Assembly: GCF_004010195.1 (NCBI RefSeq)
Contig: NC_057759.1
Span: 6,307,255 to 6,354,544, forward strand
Length of the DNA: 47,290 nt
Direction: 5' to 3'
Source: Chiloscyllium plagiosum
Lineage: Eukaryota
The notes below the pieces were generated by a model. It saw only the letters and a program-made list of their open reading frames with translations. It was not told the origin of the DNA and made no database searches. Made by a program: the position numbers and the translations under genes. Positions 1 to 11,680 of the stretch are shown here, piece by piece (positions within the stretch are counted from its first letter, which is position 1; every line of letters begins with the position of its first letter).

Positions 1-379
1 GATGTAGCTGTGAATCTGTATTTGTCAACGTCTAGTTTATAAATGTGCAAATGCATTCACAGATTGTATCTGCCAGTGTTTTTGAAGTGTGTGTGGGGGT
101 TTGGGGTTGTGTGCTTAAGTATCATGCTCTCCCTTTCAGTTTCTACAGAGTGAATGTGTGAGAGCAGCTATCAATCACCGCCTGTCAGTTTTTGTTGTGT
201 CCACGTGAGAGTTCAGGAATTGAGCTAACCTTGTCAGTTTGTGCTGTGTGACTGAACGTCAAGTGCTGAATCAGTACCAGTCACTTTCAACTCTCATGCA
301 TCAAAAGTTGCTTAATTCGCTGACAGCCAATAATATTCTATGAGTCCAATGGTGACAAGGAATCTAATCTTGTTTGCCA

Positions 380-560
380 TCTGGTTCACTAATGTCCTTT
401 AAGGAAGGAAGCTGCCATCCTTACCTGGTCTGGCCTACATGTGTCTCCAGACCCACAGCAATGTGGCTGACATATAACTACCCCCTGGGAAGTTAGGGAT
501 GGGCAATAAATGCTGGCCTCGCCAGTGATTCTCTCATCCCATGAATGAATTTAGGAAAAA
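380..560 (+). mobile_element. SINE/LINE 3' tail fragment (common elasmobranch repeat)
   Basis: Ends GGGATGGGCAATAAATGCTGGCC..GCCAG...CCCATGAATGAAT plus an A-rich tail; the same tail type occurs at 14660-14730. Confidence 0.55.
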
Positions 561-3370
561 GAATTCTCTGTGACTGTGATTGATTCTGTGATAGATTTTA
601 GGGTGTTGTGATTTGGCCTTAATCTCTTCTGCATCATGTCATTTTTGGTAGAGTCACAGAATTGGTCCAGCCATTCAACCCTTTTGTGTCCAGACTGGGA
701 CATTCTGTTCTTCACCTATTCTCCATTCTAGTTTCCATTATCTGTTGGGATTCTGAATTTTATCCACTCACTGCCAGTATCTATCTAAATGCTAATTTGA
801 GATTATTCCTGCAGTTATCTGTCTTTGATAACTATAGTGCCAGTTATGTTCTGTGGGCAATAGCATCAGGTAGTGTTTGTGGATCTCGTTCTCTTTCCAC
901 GTTCAGTTGTGTTTTTTTGGTATGAGTGTTGGATAAACTTGATCAATATTCACTAACCTTTTGTGATTGAGGGATTAATGAATCTGAATTTTATTGCATT
1001 CAGACTTTTTAAATATATTTTGCGTATGCAGTAATCTTTATCAGTTGCTGCTGAACACTAAGATATAACATCTGACACTAACTGAAATGATTAATGCTTT
1101 GGTGAATCAATTTATAACTGTCCATATTTGGAAATACCTGGGCGTAAATTTCTTTTCTTTTCCCCTTTCAGCACTAACTGGCTGAGTGTGAGTGAGTTTT
1201 CTGTTGTGCTGCCAATCTGTATCACTTTAAAGGAGTGGCACTGGTCTATATCACACTGACACTTTTTTTATGTCGCCTTGTGTTTCCAGTTCTGCATGTC
1301 ATGATCTGGTACACTTTATAAGGTGGGTTTAATGCCTTATAAATCAGTGTTTCATATATTAAAAACGTATGGAAATGCTTCTGCATTACTCAGGTCCTCA
1401 ACCACAATGTGTGTGTGGAGAAAGTGTGTGTTCATCCACACCAGGCTCAGTGTGAGAATGAGATTCATTCACTCTCTGATACTAGATATCAATGTGCTCC
1501 TTATTCTTGGTTATTGTGTTTCACAGTGCTTCAGTGTCATCCAAATTGAAACATGTCACTTTTAGTAACTGCTACTGTACTTCAGTGTTCAAACTTGTGC
1601 TACTTGACATGAATGAGGTACTATCCATTGCCACTGGACTCAGCTCCTGTCTGTGAAAGTGAATGTGTTTGTATAACTGTTAATCTCTGGCACTGCACAT
1701 GTAGTTCGATAATGTCCACAGCCAATTTTCTTTAGCTTTCGTGCCTGTAGGATCCAGGGACAACTGAACATGCAACACATTGCAGCAGAAAAGCATCTGT
1801 GCTTTTCTTCAGAATCAAGGGGAGAAAAGCAATGGACTTTTGTAACTCCTATAGTGCAGAGTCTAACCGGGAACAATAGGGATATCAAGGTCTGGTTTTC
1901 AGAATGCTAACAATTTTTGCATTGTGACATGTATTCACCGAACCCATTTGCAACGAAGTAAACACTTCAACTGCATTCAAGCTGACTGACCACAGTGTTC
2001 CTTGTACAGGAAAGAGAATTGGCCAATTCTATTTTATTTACTAATGTGGACAGAATCTGGTGCAAGCCACTAGCAGACTCTTGTGTTGCTCTATGGTAGG
2101 GAGGGGAAAATCAAAAGGACTTTTATTTTCCACCATTCTGTGAAGAATAGTTCAATAAATTGAACTTAACAATTTAAATATCAACTTCTGTTGGAAAGAA
2201 AAATGAGCAGCTTGACAAACCGACCAATTTTGGCTTTCTCTTTCATGCTGCAATGATTTAAATAGTAATGATCTGATTCCAATGACTCCTTCAGAAAACT
2301 ATATCCTGATTCCTTGCTTTTTTTTGTACTATAATGAAGGGAGGGTCAAGAGGAATGCAGGGATCTTCATAGAAAATCAAAACGAATTTTGAAATACATA
2401 TAGAATAATTTTTAAAAAAACTTTCTTGCTGGAGAGAAAAATAAAATAACTACAAAATGATGAAATGGAGAATGAGGTTACGATACAGATGGAGATGACA
2501 GCTTCTCTGCTGCCATGATAGTTTTACGAAAATGGAATGCTGGTTGAAAGGAATTAGCATTGTTAGCTCAGTCAACTGTAATGTTGTTATAGACTGTCTT
2601 TGATCAGTCAGACTTAATAATTTGAAGAGACTTATTCTGTGCTGTAAGTTTCTTTGACTTGACATGAGAGTAGAAATCAGTTTGATGAAACGTTTTCTGC
2701 TAGTTGTGTATATGGATTTTCATTACTTTTGGATGTTGGAATGAGTATTTCAGGATGGCGTACAAATTTGCAACAATTGTCAATCAGTCAGTAGCTGTGT
2801 GTGAGAGAATGGTGTGTGTGTGCATATGTATGCAAGCACACATAAGAGGGTGGATTGGAGATGGTGGTTGTGTGTACATCAGGCTTTGGCTCAGAGGTTC
2901 ATTTGGAATTTACACTGTTTAGTTGTGCCTTTCACATAGGACTTCTATTTATCAAAAGATTAATTTTGCCCTTCTCAGTTACTGATAATGCCAAAGTTTC
3001 CTTCTATATCTTCAGAAATCCTTGCTGTAACAATGTAACAGAATGATCTGTTTGTTCACCTTGACTGTAACTTTAAAATTGCCTTCATTACATGTGGAGA
3101 TAATACAGTTCCTGAATGTATATTTCATAACAGGATACAATCTATCCCTCTTCTGATGTTGCAAATGATAATTGACTAAGCATCATGGCATTTATTGGAA
3201 ATGAGCTGTTGTGCATTGAGTATAGGGAGAAATCAAAAAAATATATTGCATCAGTTGTGTTTGACTCTTGGATTGAATGTATACTTCTGGAAATTAAGCT
3301 CAATGTGTATCTGACTCAATCCACTCTGACTGTGGAAAGGATGTTCTCCAATCTGACAACAATAACATAC

Positions 3371-3452
3371 CTGCTGGTTGTTAGAAGCAGCTGGTCACAC
3401 TTGGCTTTGTACTGAGGAAATATTACATTGTCTTGGTCCATAAATCATTTGC
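3371..3452 (-). other. Putative exon 2 (82 nt) downstream of element copy 1
   Basis: Acceptor CCCTCGTCTTCCTCCAG|G and donor CAG|GTATGT; the same sites are conserved in the paralogs. Confidence 0.5.
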
Positions 3453-3876
3453 CTGGAGGAAGACGAGGGATATTTCTTGTAAATCACCAACAGCTAAGTA
3501 GAAAGCTGATCGACTGATCAATGCAACATTCAGGTCATGATCATGATAATTCTGTTTTTAAACAGGGCAAGGTGAATAGTGCAAGGACTGGTTACACTCT
3601 AGCTCTGAGCTCCTCCCAGTCTTTTTTTTTCTGTTTGCGAAATTCCAAAACAATTTACTAAATTACAAAAGCTAACCAACATCTGCAAGTTCAATAGTCA
3701 GATCCCAATACATTAACTGTTGAAGGAAGAACAACAGGCACTACTCTCACATTTAGATATACTGTCCTTTAATTACCTACTATTCCATGTTTATTCGCAA
3801 CAAACAGCATGAAATAGAAGCCAAACAATGAAGTTCCATCAGAGTTTAGGTAATTAAAAACTACAAGAATGTCCGA

Positions 3877-4218
3877 CAGCAGCTTCTTCCCGCTCTGCCT
3901 CCCTCAGCAGGCCCACACACAGCCCGAGAAAGGCCTCTCTCTTCCCCCCAGCCCGCTCACTCCAAGTTCCGGGACCAGTTCCTGCTCCGCTCGGCCTCTT
4001 ACAAACAGCCCCCGGTTCTCCCTGAACTCACCCCGAATCAATCCCGGTCTCGGAGCCCCCTCTGTGTCCCAGGCTCCCATCCCGATGTGCTGTTGGAAGG
4101 AGCCTGCTGTTCCCTCGCTTCCCTGGGCGCTGATCTCTCCATTGCGGTCTGTTCCAAACAAACCTCTTACACTCACTGAGTAAATGCTCCTCAATGGCAG
4201 CGCTGGGGGAGGGCCTCA
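3877..4218 (-). other. 342-bp GC-rich conserved element, copy 1 (putative promoter/exon 1; donor GTGAGT at 4026-4031; NRF1-type motif at 4271-4281)
   Basis: About 6 mismatches versus copy 3 over 342 bp. Repeat status is certain; function is inferred. Confidence 0.6.
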
Positions 4219-4437
4219 AGCAATGCGTTCATCGAATTAGGAACAGCCAGCTTTGGAGGAAGGGCAGCATTGCGCATGCGCCTAAGGATGCAGGAATAAA
4301 TTATTCACATTAAACTGACTGTGACAGCAGCGGTGATAAATCCAGTGCAATATTGGGGATTGGGATTAAAGCACAAATTTCCAAAAAAGGGAATGTTTTC
4401 TCTAGAGCAGAGATGTCTGTAATGGGAACCGCTTTTT

Positions 4438-4530
4438 TCCTGATGAAGGGCTTTTGCCCGAAACGTCGATTTCGCTGCTCCTTGGATGCTGCCTGAACTG
4501 CTGTGCTCTTCCAGCACCACTAATCCAGAA
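4438..4530 (+). mobile_element. Penelope-type terminal-repeat fragment with hammerhead-like core
   Basis: CTGATGA-A-GGGC-TTTT-GCCC-GAAAC; same family as 27568-27798. Confidence 0.7.
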
Positions 4531-4544
4531 CCCGTGAATAAAGT

Positions 4545-4805
4545 ATAAACGATTTATGAGTGGGACAGGGTGAATAGAGAGAAGCTGTTTTCCTTGTTTG
4601 AGCGAGCAATCACAAGTAGTGCTTGGGTAACGATATGGTAAGCGTAAGGATTCTCGCTATGGTGAAGGGTTAGATATGAAGATATTGAGGGAATTTCAGG
4701 AAAATCTTTTCAGTGGTGGAAATCTGGAAGACACCGCATGCGAAGGTAGTGGAGGCCAGAAACCTTAACCTTTAAAAAGCATTTGGATGAGCACTTCAAA
4801 TGTCA
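4545..4805 (+). mobile_element. Old CR1 3' fragment
   Basis: Resembles the CR1 ORF2 end (GGTAGTGGAGGC...TTTAAAAAGCATTTGGATGAGCAC). Confidence 0.5.
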
Positions 4806-6792
4806 GTTCCGGAGCCACCATTCACGGTGGGATATGAACGGTGAATATCTCCCGAGGCAAACCAAAAAGAAACGTGTCTGTCTTTTGAGTACGAGGAGCA
4901 GATACACCTCACGATTGGCGGTCCATGCCTTTAGTTCTAGGCCTCGTAGACTCGAACCTGGGTCTCTGGCGCTGTTTTCTCCGATATCAGATTACAGTAA
5001 ATGGACCGAGATCAAACCTGAGCAGCTGCAGGACTGGGACAGCAAATGTGGAGTTTTTGCTGATGTCTGACCTTTCCAAACGCTGGGCGACATTAAAATA
5101 TTGTCTCAAGACGATTAATGAGCTCGGCCGGAAGAACGGTCTGTAATGTTTAATCAACATATCGGAGTGCTTTCAAAGTGTGAAATGAAGAGATTAATTG
5201 CAGATTGCAGTTCTTGGCGCTTGTTTTTGTTTCTGCCAGTTCTTCAGGTGTAGAAATAAAAGTAGAAAGAGATAGCTGCATCTAAGCAAATGAATGAGCG
5301 AGAGAGATTGTCTGAAGTATATATTTACAACCTAATTAACAAGTATTGATGAATTCCCCTCTGAACAACGTTCTTTTTAATACTTCATTTTTCTATGTAA
5401 AACATATCCCGTTATTTGTGAAATGGCGGGCTTTTCAAATTGGAAGGAAAGGTGTTGATGATTTGGCGCTGGCAGCAAGAGTAGAGAATGGGCTCTTGCT
5501 GCCAGCGGGAGCAGAGAATGTGCTCTTGCTTGCTGACTCTCGGGAGCATATTAAACACCAGTGAATCTGCCTTCTTTCCGTTTGCTGCTATTTGCTCAAG
5601 TCACTCTCTAATATTTGATTATTCCGGGAGCGACAAGCCCCGGTTGGGTGTGAGCCCTGAGTGTCACCACTGGGAAACAAAAGAAGTGCTCCTTTTCTTA
5701 CAGACCCACGGGTGGATAAATTACACATTTTTTTTTCATTTCCAAAACTCCGTGCGGGTTCTGTTGTGTTGCAGAATAGTATAAATGAGGCTTTCTGCTA
5801 TCGGTGAGAAGCTTGTCAAAATGAACAGAGATCAAGCCAGAACAGTTGCCGGACTGGAATTGTTAATGTGGAGCTTTTGCAATAAGGGAGCACGGTATTA
5901 AAATAAAACCTAAAGGCGGTGTTCGTTGTTAATGCGCTCACGCCGAAGAACATTCATGAAATCCTCACAGATTGAATGATGGTACTCACTCTCTCCGGAG
6001 ACAATCTCGAATGGTTCAAATAGCTTCTAGCCTCATTCATTTGCAATTTTTCTTTCGAGTAATGACTAAATACGAATGCTCCCTTCTCGGATCTACATTT
6101 CGGCAGGATTTTCAAATTTGAAAGAAAACGGTTGATGATTTGGCGCCATGTTTTCCCGCCTGCTTTCGCAGCAATGATCATGTAGTTACAGCTGGTAACA
6201 ACACCAAGGAAGACAGTGAGGACAGAGAGGATTTAATCCCGTATTAATACTGCACAACTCTAATGAAGCATGTGAAAGTTACATAACATTCACAGCATTG
6301 TATATTCTAATCTGTGTCTTCAACTAACTCCCCTGTAATGCATTACTGACGTCACACCCGTCCCCCTTTAATATCATTCAAAGCCATGTTCCAGCGTCTG
6401 CGATCGCTTGACTGGCGCTGTTACCTTGTTGTTTAACTGACTCCCCATCAATGTTTTACTCAGGCCCTGTGCACTTCGCAAATTACGATACCAATGTCCG
6501 CAAGTAAGAGTTCGATCTCTTGGTATCAAATCTTTCCCATCCCTAAAACGGCAAAATATATGAACACCGAGACAGAGAATTCGCGGGAATTTATAATCCA
6601 CTACCACAATGTCACGTTAAAATTATATTCCACAATCTGCCATAATAAATTGTGAACACGGGAGATTTCATTAGAAATGGAATACCTGCTCATGTCAACA
6701 TCGCTTACAACTCATTCCCTATTTATTTCCTAGTTTTATAACTACAATATAAATGTAACTAATCGCTTCCCGCTCTCTCTCGATGGTCTGGT

Positions 6793-6808
6793 GGCTCTGA
6801 AAAGAGCC
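6793..6808 (-). terminator. Histone 3' stem-loop of H3 (GGCTCTTTTCAGAGCC) with downstream purine-rich HDE (about 6771-6780, AGAGAGAGCG)
   Basis: Exact consensus 16-nt stem-loop on the minus strand, followed by ACCA, 70 nt after the stop codon. Confidence 0.97.
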
Positions 6809-6878
6809 GTTGTGTTTCTTTCTCTCTCTCTCTGTCTGTCTGTCTCGGGGTGAATGTGCAGGGCCAGCCAAGCTCCGT

Positions 6879-7316
<438 letters not shown>

Positions 7317-7352
7317 TTACTACTGTCAATGCTGAGGGTGCTGCGGTGCTGC

Positions 7353-7519
7353 TTATTTAAGGGAATGGAGAGCCCGCCCTAGAGCTGGGATTGGATACAG
7401 CCCTGTCCCTCAGCCCACAGAGAAACATCTGCGGAAGGTACAGAAAGTGCAGGAAAAGAATTGTTGGAATCTGATTGGTTCACTGGAAATGACAGTTGGT
7501 CAATTTCAAAATACCCGCC
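7353..7519 (-). promoter_or_regulatory. H3 promoter: TATA-like TTAAATAA (7353-7360), GC box (7373-7379), CCAAT boxes (7390-7394, 7474-7478), CDE/CHR-like GGCGG-N4-TTTGAA (7505-7519)
   Basis: Motifs read directly. Order and spacing are typical of H3 promoters, and most are retained in the paralogous remnant at 34660-34840. Confidence 0.8.
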
Positions 7520-7626
7520 GAATTCACCCTCACAAACCTTGAGATTAAAGTAACCATTAAAACGCAAAACACCATCCGTCTGCAACTAAGATAGAATTTA
7601 ATATTTTATAGTAACTCTTTAAAACC

Positions 7627-7823
7627 ACTTAAAAATCACACAACACCAGGTTATACTCCAACGGTTTAATTGGAAGCACACTAGCTTTCGGAGCGTCGCT
7701 CCTTCATCAGGTGAGCGTCGCTCCGAAAGCTAGTGTGCTTTCAATTAAACCTGTTGGACTATAACCTGGTGTTGTGTGATTTTTTAACTTTGTACACCCC
7801 AGTCCAATACCGGCATCTCCGAA
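7627..7823. mobile_element. Palindromic Penelope-type short element with 11-bp TSD TCTTTAAAACC (7616-7626, 7824-7834)
   Basis: Inverted arms of about 70 bp. Minus strand reads CTGATGAAGGAGCGACGCTCCGAAAG. Absent from the paralogous site near 34560. Confidence 0.8.
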
Positions 7824-8040
7824 TCTTTAAAACCTAGTCAGCAGTCAGCGCGGACAGGAGGCGGGATCATTGCCTGATCTGTCTGTAACAGGCAGGAGGA
7901 AAGGCGGGGTTTAAAACAGCCCAGGCAAAATGAACAACCGAACGTTTACCCGCCGTGAATCGATCTAAATAACCGCGCCAATTTAAACATCTTAAAAGCT
8001 AATGCAGTGTACACCGATAAAAAGACAGAATCTCACTTTA

Positions 8041-8334
8041 TGGTTAGATTACCCTCAGTGTGGAGACAAGCTCTTCGGCCCAACAAATCCACACTGACGC
8101 TCCGAAGAGCAACCCCACCCAGACCATTTCCCCTACATTTACCCCTGACTATTCCATCTAACACTATGTGCAATTTAGCACAGCCAATTTACCTAACATG
8201 CACATCTTTGGACTGTGGGAGGAAACCGGAGCACCCAGAGGAAATCCACGCAGACTCGGGAGAATGTGCAAGCTCCACACAGTTGTCCCTGGCGCTGAGG
8301 GAGCAGTGCTAGCCACTGAGCCACCGTGCCGCTC
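8041..8334 (-). mobile_element. HE1-like (V-SINE) tRNA-derived SINE
   Basis: Head GCGGCACGGTGGCTCAGTGG, V-domain GGTTTCCTCCCACAGTCCAAAGATGTG, tail AATCTAA. Absent from the paralog near 34350. Confidence 0.85.
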
Positions 8335-8705
8335 CTGTTTTCTTTGTATTGTAATTAGCCCGAAGACAATGTGGAATTATTGCCTGAACTGTCTGCAACA
8401 GGCAGATGGAAGGAACACGCCATGAAAACATCCGCACGGTCTCAGAATCAAAACTGAACAAAGTAACATTCCTGAACGGGTCAATGAAATACAAACACTA
8501 CAATATGTCACATGCGTGACTCGGTAGAGTTATAAGTCGCGAAGTGAAATAACCAGATGGAGATCAATAAACCCTCTCTATATACCTTCCCGATTCACAG
8601 GTCTCCACTCTCGTAAACCATGGCATGTGTGTATTCGAGTTATTCAGATCAATTAATATCTAAGGTAGGGTTGCGCTCGGCGCCGGGAAACATTGGATCC
8701 GGGCT

Positions 8706-8746
8706 CAGCTCTTTCCCGAGAGATGTGGGTGGCTCTGATAAGAGCC
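8706..8746 (-). terminator. Histone stem-loop (GGCTCTTATCAGAGCC, 8731-8746) and HDE (AAAGAGCTG, 8706-8714) of H1 copy A
   Basis: CCCAAA-stemloop-ACCCA context and a canonical U7-pairing HDE. Confidence 0.95.
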
Positions 8747-8782
8747 TTTGGGTTCAGATGGTTACACGCTACACTGACTGGT

Positions 8783-9493
8783 TCATTTCTTTGCTGCTGT
8801 CTTGGTCACTTTCGCTTTGGGCTTGGCCTTGCCTTTAGCCAGTTTGCTGAGGGGTTTGGGGGCTTTAGGGCCCTTGATCTTTTTCACCTTCTTCACGGGA
8901 GTCCGTTTCTTTGGCGCTGCTTTGCTCACCGCTTTCTTTGGGGGTGCCGGCTTCTTACCGCTCGCTTTCTTGGCTGGGGATTTCTTGGCTATTGCTTTCT
9001 TGGCTGGGGATTTCTTGACTGTCGCTTTCTTGGCCGGGGATTTCTTGACTGTCGCTTTCTTGGCCTGGGATTTCTTCGCTGTCACCTTCTTGGCCGGGGA
9101 TTTCTTCACGGCCGATTTCTTGGCGGCCGCTGATGTTCCCGCCTTCTTTCCCGCTTTTGCCTTGACCGGATTCTTTGGGAGTTTGAAGGAGCCGGAGACG
9201 CCATGGCCCTTGACCAGAACAAGGGAGCCGTTCGCCAGGCACCTCCTGATACTCATCTTGATCTGTGCCTTTCGCTTTCCCACATCGATCCCGCTTCTCT
9301 CCAGCCCCTTCTTTACAGCGGACAGAGACGCCCCTTTGCGATCCTTGATATCCTCGACAACCTTCAGAATCAGCTCTCCCAATCCGGGACCGGGTGTTTT
9401 TTTCCTGGGAGCCGCCGCCTTCTTCTTGGGAGCCTTTTCTTTGGTGGGAGCGGAGGCTGGAGGAGCCGTTTCGGCGGCTGCACTGTCGCTCAT
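8783..9493 (-). CDS. H1: Linker histone H1, divergent subtype, copy A (236 aa)
   Basis: N-terminus MSDSAAAETAPP, winged-helix globular domain ending KGHGVSGSFKL, K/A/P-rich tail with KKSPAKK repeats. ATG at 9493, TGA at 8783-8785, stem-loop downstream. Confidence 0.97.
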   Translation of the reverse strand: MSDSAAAETAPPASAPTKEKAPKKKAAAPRKKTPGPGLGELILKVVEDIKDRKGASLSAVKKGLERSGIDVGKRKAQIKMSIRRCLANGSLVLVKGHGVSGSFKLPKNPVKAKAGKKAGTSAAAKKSAVKKSPAKKVTAKKSQAKKATVKKSPAKKATVKKSPAKKAIAKKSPAKKASGKKPAPPKKAVSKAAPKKRTPVKKVKKIKGPKAPKPLSKLAKGKAKPKAKVTKTAAKK

Positions 9494-9584
9494 GTTGAGA
9501 ACTCTGCGCTGAATCTCTCTCTGAGTCAGTCTGAACTGGGTCAGCAATGAAGCTGTTGGCGGCGGCACTGAGCAACTTCAAGGC

Positions 9585-10001
9585 AGCGAGCGGACGGCGC
9601 AGGGACAACCTGCCGTCAGCTCCTGATCCTGCTGCTTTTCTGTGTTTCTCTAACGGCCTAAACTCTCCGATTCCTCTGAAATTCCGCATCTCCAGTGAAC
9701 CAGGCTCGATCGCTCCTGACCCAGACAAGGGAAGGTTTGCGACTGAAAAGTTTTGACTCGAATAGATGGCTCTGCTGTCGAGTTAAACGCATTTTGCTGC
9801 CGCACAGATCGAGCTCTTTGAGCTGAGCGCTGACATTGTCGGTACTTTTAGACTGAAATCTTGAAATCAACGAACACATTGTCCTAAATTCTACCTTTGG
9901 GGTCTAGTGGGGGAGACGGGGAATAAGTTGAATAGAAAATGTTTTTGATTTTCACAAGAGAGACCCAGAAATATCATAATATTCACGGACACACAAACAC
10001 A
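9585..10001 (-). promoter_or_regulatory. H1 copy A promoter: H1/AC box AAACACA (9641-9647), upstream TG box TGTGTTT (9995-10001), CGTCCGC H4-site-II/HINFP-like motif (about 9590-9596)
   Basis: Motifs read directly and conserved in copy B at identical TG-to-AC spacing. Confidence 0.8.
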
Positions 10002-10189
10002 GTTACGTTCGACGAACCGTCCGCCCTTTTCCGACAGCCTCTCTGACACAATATTCACATTCACACAGTCACACGCCAGAAATATCACCAAATGTAAGTG
10101 TGGAAGGATAGAATGTCTCATCCTTTCAGCGTTTGCTGCGGTGTCCAGGGAGTTAGTTGTAGTTTTTCTCCTCAGTAACTGTTACACTC

Positions 10190-10640
10190 TCATCAGCTCC
10201 ACTGTTTACATCCTCAAAGATGGCCAGTCGGTTTGTCAAGCTTAGAAGACAGAACAGTGTGCACTGGAACATGGCCTTCATACCTATGCTGATTCTAGCA
10301 GATCCTGAATACTGTTTTGTCAAATGCTTCGCAATTGAAGCTTTCATTTTGATTTTTTCCCTGCAGGCTGACTGGTCTATAGTTCACAATTTTATGCCTA
10401 CCTCCCTTTTCCATTGGATTGCTTACACTACCGAGCCCCCAATCTGTGTAAATTATTGCAGAGCTTATAGAATCTTGGAACATGACCATCACTGCATCCA
10501 GTATTACTCAGCCCACTACATTAAATACTCTGGGACTTAGATGATCAAGGACTGGTGTTTCCCAACCTTCAATCCCGTCCACTGTCCCAACATCATTTCC
10601 CAAATATACTGATTTAGTTCAGTTCTTCCCTCTCACTAAA
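10190..10640 (-). mobile_element. Old CR1 ORF2 fragment (paralog about 32090-32530, +)
   Basis: NYRPVSL and KAFDK-like motifs on the minus strand. Confidence 0.65.
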
Positions 10641-11488
10641 CTCACCAATATCACTACTGTGTTAGTTGTGTGAACATTTGTGAACAGAGAACAATAATAT
10701 GTTAGCAATTTTTGAGACATTTTCGTTCCCATTTTGAACTTCCCTCTTTAATGTTGTAAGTGGCATGTGGTCCTCTTTACCAACCTATTTATGTTCATTT
10801 CTCTCTTTACACATTTATTAGTGTTTTAGCAGTTTTTTTAAAAAATGGTTTCGACAACATTACTCTTTTCTTCATTTGTTCTTTGTTAGTTAAATCCCTT
10901 TTCGCAGTCATTTGCTGAATTTGGATCAGTTTGCAGCCTTCCCGTCTTGCTATATTTCCTCCCAAATTGTAGGCCTTTTCTTTGGACCAAAAACTATCTT
11001 AAGTAGTCGTTTCAAGTTTCACAACATTCTTTTTATAGGAGAGAGACCAGAATTGCACATAATATTCCAAAAGTGGCATTACCAATGTTCTGTATACCCA
11101 TAACATGTTCTCCTAAGTCACATACTCAAAGCTCTGACCAGTGAAGGAAAACATATCAAATACCTTCTTTGCTATCCTACCTGACTATAACTCCATGTTC
11201 AAGTAACAACGAACCTGCATTTCAACGTTTCTTTGTTCAGCAACACTCCACAGGACCTTTATATTAAGTGTGTAAGTCCTGCCCTGATTTGCCTTTCCAA
11301 TTGCAGCACCTCATATCGATTTAAATTGAACTCAATATGCCACTCCGGGGTCCAGTGGCCCATCTGATCGAGATCCTGCTGTATCCTGAGGTAGCCTTCT
11401 TTGCAGTTTAGTACACCTATAATTTTTGTGTAATCTGCAAACTTACTAACAATACCTGCAACCTCACATCCAAATCATTCATAATAAT

Positions 11489-11680
11489 GTGGAGGTGCCG
11501 GTGCTGGACTGGGGTGTGCAAAGTTAAAAATGAGACTCCACCAAGTTATACTCCAAAGCTTGTATTTGGAAGTACACGCTTTCTAAATACAGATACCTGA
11601 TGGAGGAGCATTACTCCGAAAGTTTGTGCTTCTAAATAAACCTGTTGGAATAAAACCTGGTGTTCTGTCATTTTTTAAAC
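11489..11680. mobile_element. Palindromic Penelope-type element nested in CR1 and shared with the paralog (about 31050-31242)
   Basis: Same family as 7627-7823; CTGATGGAGGAGC...CTCCGAAAG. Confidence 0.72.

Larger units (their letters stand above)
840..4285. repeat. Older duplication arm, direct paralog of about 25205-27395 (about 1450-2820 absent from the partner) and partly inverted paralog of 15300-16700
   Basis: Shared blocks such as CGTTCAGTTGTGTTTTTT...TGTGATTGAGGGATTAATG and TCTGACTCAATCCACTC; more diverged than the H1-H3 arms. Confidence 0.88.

Noticed and set aside
1640..1888. 82-aa Cys-rich ORF as a coding exon of the putative gene
   Set aside because: No homology recognised and the segment is absent from the paralogous arm, so support is insufficient.
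3869..4194. 96-113-aa ORFs on both strands of the conserved element as protein genes
   Set aside because: No recognisable domain, non-ATG or non-conserved starts, a 1-bp frameshift in copy 2, and several of the few substitutions change amino acids.
8693..9728. Long antisense and alternate-frame ORFs over H1 (also 33158-33955)
   Set aside because: By-products of Lys/Ala/Pro codon bias. The 25-aa GTG-initiated extension of H1 is 5' UTR or promoter sequence.
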